IMG/VR virus record: IMGVR_UViG_3300027863_000071
Coordinates: 1-41,254 of that record
Strand: one strand, 5' to 3'
Length of the DNA: 41,254 bases
Source: a virus
Lineage: Duplodnaviria; Caudoviricetes
The translations under genes and the position numbers were made by a program. Under the pieces are notes generated by a model. The model did no database searches and had not been told where the DNA came from. It worked only from the letters and a program-made list of their open reading frames with translations. How positions within the stretch are numbered: position 1 is the first letter of the stretch; every line of letters starts with the position of its first letter. This document shows, in pieces, positions 37,146 through 41,254 of this stretch.

Positions 37146-37361
37146 ATGTTATCAGAAGATAAGTTATTGACAGCAAAGCAGTTAAGCCAGTTATTATGTG
37201 TATCAAAACGCCAAATCTTCTACCTCAATAGGTGTGGAAAACTACCTGCTCCGATTCGTATCGGTGGAAGTGTGCGCTGGAGAGAAAGTACGATTTCAAA
37301 ATGGTTAGATGCCGGCGCGCCTGATAGAGAAAACTTTGAAAAAACGATGAAAAACGAATAG
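37146..37361 (+). CDS. AlpA / excisionase-family HTH regulator
   Basis: LLTAKQLSQLLCVSKRQIF...GKLPAPIRIGGSVRW...WLDAGAPDR; GGAGGT RBS. Confidence 0.9.
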   Translation: MLSEDKLLTAKQLSQLLCVSKRQIFYLNRCGKLPAPIRIGGSVRWRESTISKWLDAGAPDRENFEKTMKNE

Positions 37362-37387
37362 GAATGAGTGGGAATGGTGGAAATAAA

Positions 37388-37462
37388 GAAAAAGGCAGAA
37401 AAAGGCAGAAAAAGGCAGAAAAAGGCGAAAATATACGTAAATATACATAAATATACGTAAAT
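37388..37462 (+). repeat. Two abutting 10-bp tandem arrays: GAAAAAGGCR x4 and AAATATACRT x3
   Basis: Directly visible at 37388-37427 and 37429-37462. Confidence 0.9.
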
Positions 37463-37502
37463 TTCACCCATTGACATTTAATGACAGATGAAAGGAGTCA
37501 TT

Positions 37503-38174
37503 ATGCCTGAAGACCAATTACTAACGGCAAAGCAATTAAGCCAACTATTATGTGTATCAGAACGCCAAATCTTTCACCTCAATAATTGTGGCAAACTGCC
37601 TGCCCCGATACTGGTAGGTAAGCGCTTACGCTGGAAGGCAAGCGCGATTTCGGAATGGCTAAATGCCAGCGCGTCTGATAAATCTAATAATAAAACCAGC
37701 GAAATTGTAGTTACAGAAGAAAAAGAACAAAGCGCAACAGCAGCGGGAACACCAATGGCAGTCTCATCACCAGCGCCAGCGCCAAATTCATTACTGGCAG
37801 CGACTTCAACTTTAGCGGCTTCAGCGACTACAACAATAATAGTAAATCCTCCGACAATATCAACTGTAGCGTCGCCTTATTTGTCTGAAGTAATTGATTA
37901 TGCCTGCGTGCTTGGGATAACGGAGGAAAAAGCAAAGTATTATTATGACCACTATTCCGCTATTGGGTGGGTTGATTGTGCAGGTAGAGCAATTACAGAT
38001 TGGCGGGCAATGCTCCGCAAATGGAAGGCGCGAGGTTATCAATTTGACGATTTAATACCTAAACATAAACAAATCCCGAAATGGAAACAAGAAATCTTGT
38101 TAGAACAACAGAAACAGAAACAACAGTTACAACCGCAACAATTAACAAAAATTATCGAGGAGCAAATCAGATGA
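37503..38174 (+). CDS. AlpA-HTH fused through an Ala/Thr linker to a replication-initiator-like C-terminal domain
   Basis: N-terminus nearly duplicates 37146-37361; C-terminal EVIDYA...AKYYYDHYSAIGW...ITDWRAMLRKW; AAGGAG RBS. Confidence 0.75.
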   Translation: MPEDQLLTAKQLSQLLCVSERQIFHLNNCGKLPAPILVGKRLRWKASAISEWLNASASDKSNNKTSEIVVTEEKEQSATAAGTPMAVSSPAPAPNSLLAATSTLAASATTTIIVNPPTISTVASPYLSEVIDYACVLGITEEKAKYYYDHYSAIGWVDCAGRAITDWRAMLRKWKARGYQFDDLIPKHKQIPKWKQEILLEQQKQKQQLQPQQLTKIIEEQIR

Positions 38175-38800
38175 ATACCATTGAAGCAAAAAGTCTATTT
38201 TCTGAAGTCGTTGAGAAGTTATGGCCGAATTGGTCGTTGTCAGATGATGAAGTAAATTTCTGGGCGTCTCGCTTGCAATACTATGATTACAATACCGCAA
38301 AATATGCCTTTGAACAGGCGTATAGTGAAAGCACAAGCAAGCCTAATCTCAAGCGCATATTAAACTTTTGCCGCAGCAAACAACCGCCGAAGATTACTAA
38401 TTCACAAGATAACGAACCAGTTTTACTCTACATCTGCAAAAGAATTGATGATGGACCTGGAAAAGAGCTAAAATTTTATTCTAAAACAGGCAAAATCCCC
38501 AATGAAGAGACACTACTGGCAAACGCCGAAATTAAATGCGAACAACTATCGCAAACCTACGGCGGAAAGTGGATAGCATTTCTGGCTTCAAACAAATCCA
38601 CAGATACAGATAATCCGCCAATCTATGGTGAAGAAGCGCGACAAATTGCAATACAAAACATTTTAAACGGCGAAGATTGTGCAGGAAAAAGATTTTTACA
38701 GAGATATTTAGACAAAAAGAAAAAAGCTCAGCCACAATCATCACAAGAAAAAGAGGCGCAATCAATCAGCGAAATCTTAATAGACGATATTCCGTTTTGA
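38171..38800 (+). CDS. Helicase loader/inhibitor-like protein with a DDIPF tail
   Basis: KLWPNW...VNFWASRLQYYDYNTAKYAF...KPNLKRI; ATGA-coupled to the Rep-like gene. Confidence 0.55.
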   Translation: MNTIEAKSLFSEVVEKLWPNWSLSDDEVNFWASRLQYYDYNTAKYAFEQAYSESTSKPNLKRILNFCRSKQPPKITNSQDNEPVLLYICKRIDDGPGKELKFYSKTGKIPNEETLLANAEIKCEQLSQTYGGKWIAFLASNKSTDTDNPPIYGEEARQIAIQNILNGEDCAGKRFLQRYLDKKKKAQPQSSQEKEAQSISEILIDDIPF

Positions 38801-38820
38801 AAATTGAAAGAGAATGGCAA

Positions 38821-39177
38821 ATGGAAAACGAAAAATCAAATAGGCAGGAACAAATTACCCAGCGGCTAAGAGACATTCCCCGAGAAGCTTATCGCCGGAT
38901 TTACGAAAAGGCGGTGGAAGGTCTAAGCCGCAAGGCTGCAATTCACGCCTTCTGCTTGGAATGCACCTGCTGGCAAAAAGAAGAGGTTCGTAAGTGTACT
39001 GCCCTTGCCTGCCCTTTGTATGCCTTAAGACCGTATCAGGAACGGTCAAACCATAGCGATAATCGGCTTAGTTCTGCGCCAGAATCGAAAAAGTCCAGTG
39101 GGGGGGGTATCAATATAGCCTACTTTTTCAAATTGACGCGTTTTGGCGCAAAAGCTCTTGAGATAATGGCTTTTTAG
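38821..39177 (+). CDS. Small Zn protein, AIxAFCxxC...C...CPLY type; paralog of 40528-40845
   Basis: AIHAFCLECTCWQKEEVRKCTALACPLYALRPY. Confidence 0.8.
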   Translation: MENEKSNRQEQITQRLRDIPREAYRRIYEKAVEGLSRKAAIHAFCLECTCWQKEEVRKCTALACPLYALRPYQERSNHSDNRLSSAPESKKSSGGGINIAYFFKLTRFGAKALEIMAF

Positions 39178-39187
39178 GATTTGTGAT

Positions 39188-40261
39188 ATGCCGGAAATAC
39201 TAAATCAAATAATTCAGGGTGATGCGCTTACGGTATTAAAGACCTTACCTGATGAGATATTTGATTGCTGTATTACCAGCCCACCATATTGGAGGTTACG
39301 TAATTACGGCATTGAAGGTCAATTAGGCTTGGAAAAAACCCCTGAAGAATATGTTGAAAAACTGGTAGCGGTGTTCCGAGAAGTTAAGCGTTGCCTAAAA
39401 AAAACCGGAACTTGTTGGCTAAATTTAGGTGATAATTATGCTGGAAGCGGCAAAGGACCAGATGGTAAACGTAGTAAAGAAGCTAATAAAGTATCTTGTG
39501 CGGCACCACCATTTAAATCTAACATTTTAAAACCCAAAAACCTTTGCGGTATCCCGTGGCGTGTAGCCTTTGCCCTGCAAAAAGATGGGTGGTATTTACG
39601 ACAAGACATTATATGGTCAAAACCAAACCCGATGCCAGAAAGAGTTACTGATAGGTGTACGAAATCTCACGAATATATTTTCTTGTTAACTAAATCGGCC
39701 AAATATTACTTTGATAACGAAGCGATTAAAGAAAAAGCTAACTATGATGGACGTAAAGACACAATAATGAAAGCATATTTTAATGGCAGTCCAAATCCAA
39801 TAGGTAATAGACATCGTGAAAGATGGCCAAATAAAGATAAAAATAACATACCTATGCGGAATAAACGCAGTGTCTGGACTGTAACCACCGTAGGTGACGG
39901 CAACGGCATACATTTCGCCACTTTCCCCGAAGATTTAGTTACCCCTATGGTTTTAGCGGGCTGTCCTAAAGGCGGGCTAATATTAGACCCCTTTGCCGGA
40001 AGCGGTACGACCGGATATGTCGCCGCTAAACTGCAAAGGAACTATTGCCTAATAGAACTGAATCCGAAATACATCAACGAAATAGCTATCTTGCGAATCA
40101 ACGAAGCCGAAACCGGAGTAACAATACGTGAGCAGAAAAACGGACAAAAAAGTTTATTCAAAATGTTGAATTGTTCTAGCGTTATCAACAGTCTTGCGGC
40201 AATCGCGGAAAATCGCAGAGCAAAAGACAAGGAAACTGAAAATGAAACTGTATTTAATTAA
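39188..40261 (+). CDS. DNA methyltransferase, N4-C/N6-A beta class
   Basis: ITSPPY (motif IV) precedes HFATFP and LDPFAGSGTTG (motif I). Confidence 0.95.
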   Translation: MPEILNQIIQGDALTVLKTLPDEIFDCCITSPPYWRLRNYGIEGQLGLEKTPEEYVEKLVAVFREVKRCLKKTGTCWLNLGDNYAGSGKGPDGKRSKEANKVSCAAPPFKSNILKPKNLCGIPWRVAFALQKDGWYLRQDIIWSKPNPMPERVTDRCTKSHEYIFLLTKSAKYYFDNEAIKEKANYDGRKDTIMKAYFNGSPNPIGNRHRERWPNKDKNNIPMRNKRSVWTVTTVGDGNGIHFATFPEDLVTPMVLAGCPKGGLILDPFAGSGTTGYVAAKLQRNYCLIELNPKYINEIAILRINEAETGVTIREQKNGQKSLFKMLNCSSVINSLAAIAENRRAKDKETENETVFN

Positions 40262-40520
40262 AATTTGGTGCAACTTAACAAACCGAAAATGCCGAAAATG
40301 CAAATGCCTGCTCTATCCAACGCTCTATCATAAACGCCCCCAAGACAATCTGTGCAACTACTGCCATTTGTCGATTTGCGATGACCCAAATTGCTCGCGA
40401 TGCCACGAAATCGCCGACAAAATCACAAAAGCTTTATTGGCCGAATTAAAGCAGGAAAATGCTATAAATTCCCATATAATCGCTCAAAACAGAAGATTGG
40501 TGAGAGAGACTATTAACTAA
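40242..40520 (+). CDS. Cys-rich hypothetical protein
   Basis: CRKC, CNYC, CSRC; AAGGA RBS before ATG 40242. Confidence 0.65.
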   Translation: MKLYLIKIWCNLTNRKCRKCKCLLYPTLYHKRPQDNLCNYCHLSICDDPNCSRCHEIADKITKALLAELKQENAINSHIIAQNRRLVRETIN

Positions 40521-40527
40521 TCAGAGA

Positions 40528-40845
40528 GTGCCCAAAACCAATATGAGTTATAGGCGAAAAAAGACAGACCCGTATATTAAATGGCCAACTACAGTTAAAT
40601 ACCCCTATGTTCCACGACCTTATAGGCGCTTGTATTCCGAGGTTGTTGAGGGTAAACGCACGCCACTGCACGCTATAAAGGCATTCTGCCAGCGGTGTTG
40701 CAATTACGGACCGACGAAAGAAAATAGAGAAAAGATTGCTAATTGCCCTCATTGGCAGTGCCCACTATACGTCTATCGCGATGACTTTTTCAACCCTAAC
40801 GCACTGCGAATTGAAACCTCTGAAATAAATAAAGGCGTTACATAG
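40528..40845 (+). CDS. Small Zn protein, paralog of 38821-39177
   Basis: YRRLY..VVEG...AIKAFCQRCC...NCPHWQCPLYVYR. Confidence 0.8.
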   Translation: MPKTNMSYRRKKTDPYIKWPTTVKYPYVPRPYRRLYSEVVEGKRTPLHAIKAFCQRCCNYGPTKENREKIANCPHWQCPLYVYRDDFFNPNALRIETSEINKGVT

Positions 40846-40882
40846 CAGGAACCGGCGCAAAAGGGGAGTCTGGTTTTCTTAT

Positions 40883-40911
40883 ACTATACACTACATCGGC
40901 TCGCTCGTCAA
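40883..40911 (-). promoter_or_regulatory. Leftward sigma70-like promoter, antisense to the 37-40.8 kb genes
   Basis: Minus strand TTGACG (40911-40906), 17 bp, TATAGT (40888-40883). Confidence 0.65.
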
Positions 40912-41112
40912 GATTGTTTTTATTTATTTAGCAATGGCTGTAAAATGGCCGTAAAGGCGTTTAAAACAGCATTAAATGAACGAACGCACTCCAATTAGTG
41001 TAATTGCACCCCCCTCAGGACTTTTTCAATTATAACGCATTTTAACGCGTTTAACGCGAAAAAGACATCTCCGCTCCGCTCGCAAAAGAAAAACGCTCCA
41101 AGAAAAACATTT

Positions 41113-41238
41113 ATATATAATATAATAATATATAATATTATAATATATATTACTGTATTATATGTATACCAGTATTCTAGTATTACTAGTATTTCGGTAT
41201 TTTAGTATTACTAATATTACAGTATTTACTAGTATTAC
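41113..41238 (+). repeat. Terminal direct repeat, copy 2
   Basis: Identical to 1-126. Confidence 0.95.
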
Positions 41239-41254
41239 AAGTATTCCAGTATTT

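Noticed and set aside
37471-37500. Promoter at TTGACA
   Set aside because: No -10 box at 16-18 bp spacing; the RBS occupies that position.

Overview
An apparently complete 41.3 kb podovirus-type dsDNA phage genome. Bases 1-126 recur at 41113-41238, so it is probably circular or terminally redundant. A minus-strand late operon (about 36060 to 7480) runs: small basic proteins, a LamG protein, terminase small and large subunits, portal, scaffold, major capsid, cement/decoration proteins, head-tail adaptor, a tail-appendage cassette, nozzle, tail fibre, ejection proteins, an ATP-grasp enzyme and membrane/lipoprotein genes. Plus-strand early genes form two blocks. The first (1.1-7.5 kb) has a gene-fragment mosaic, a PD-(D/E)XK nuclease, and NGO0469-like, NinB-like, RuvC-like and HTH proteins. 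The second (36.5-40.8 kb) has an AlpA pair, Rep-like and helicase-loader-like proteins, Zn proteins and a DNA methyltransferase. A repeat-dense non-coding control/origin region spans the junction (about 40.85 kb to 1.1 kb). I recognised no integrase, polymerase, helicase, endolysin, tRNA, CRISPR array or reverse transcriptase. The host is possibly a Planctomycete (inference only). The most interesting signal is the tail nozzle gene, which looks split into a 74-aa N-terminal piece and a 518-aa body. Two unrelated proteins encoded between the pieces end in the same 16-aa motif, suggesting a plug-in, strand-complementation system for displaying alternative appendages. All product calls come from motif recognition by eye, not database searches.
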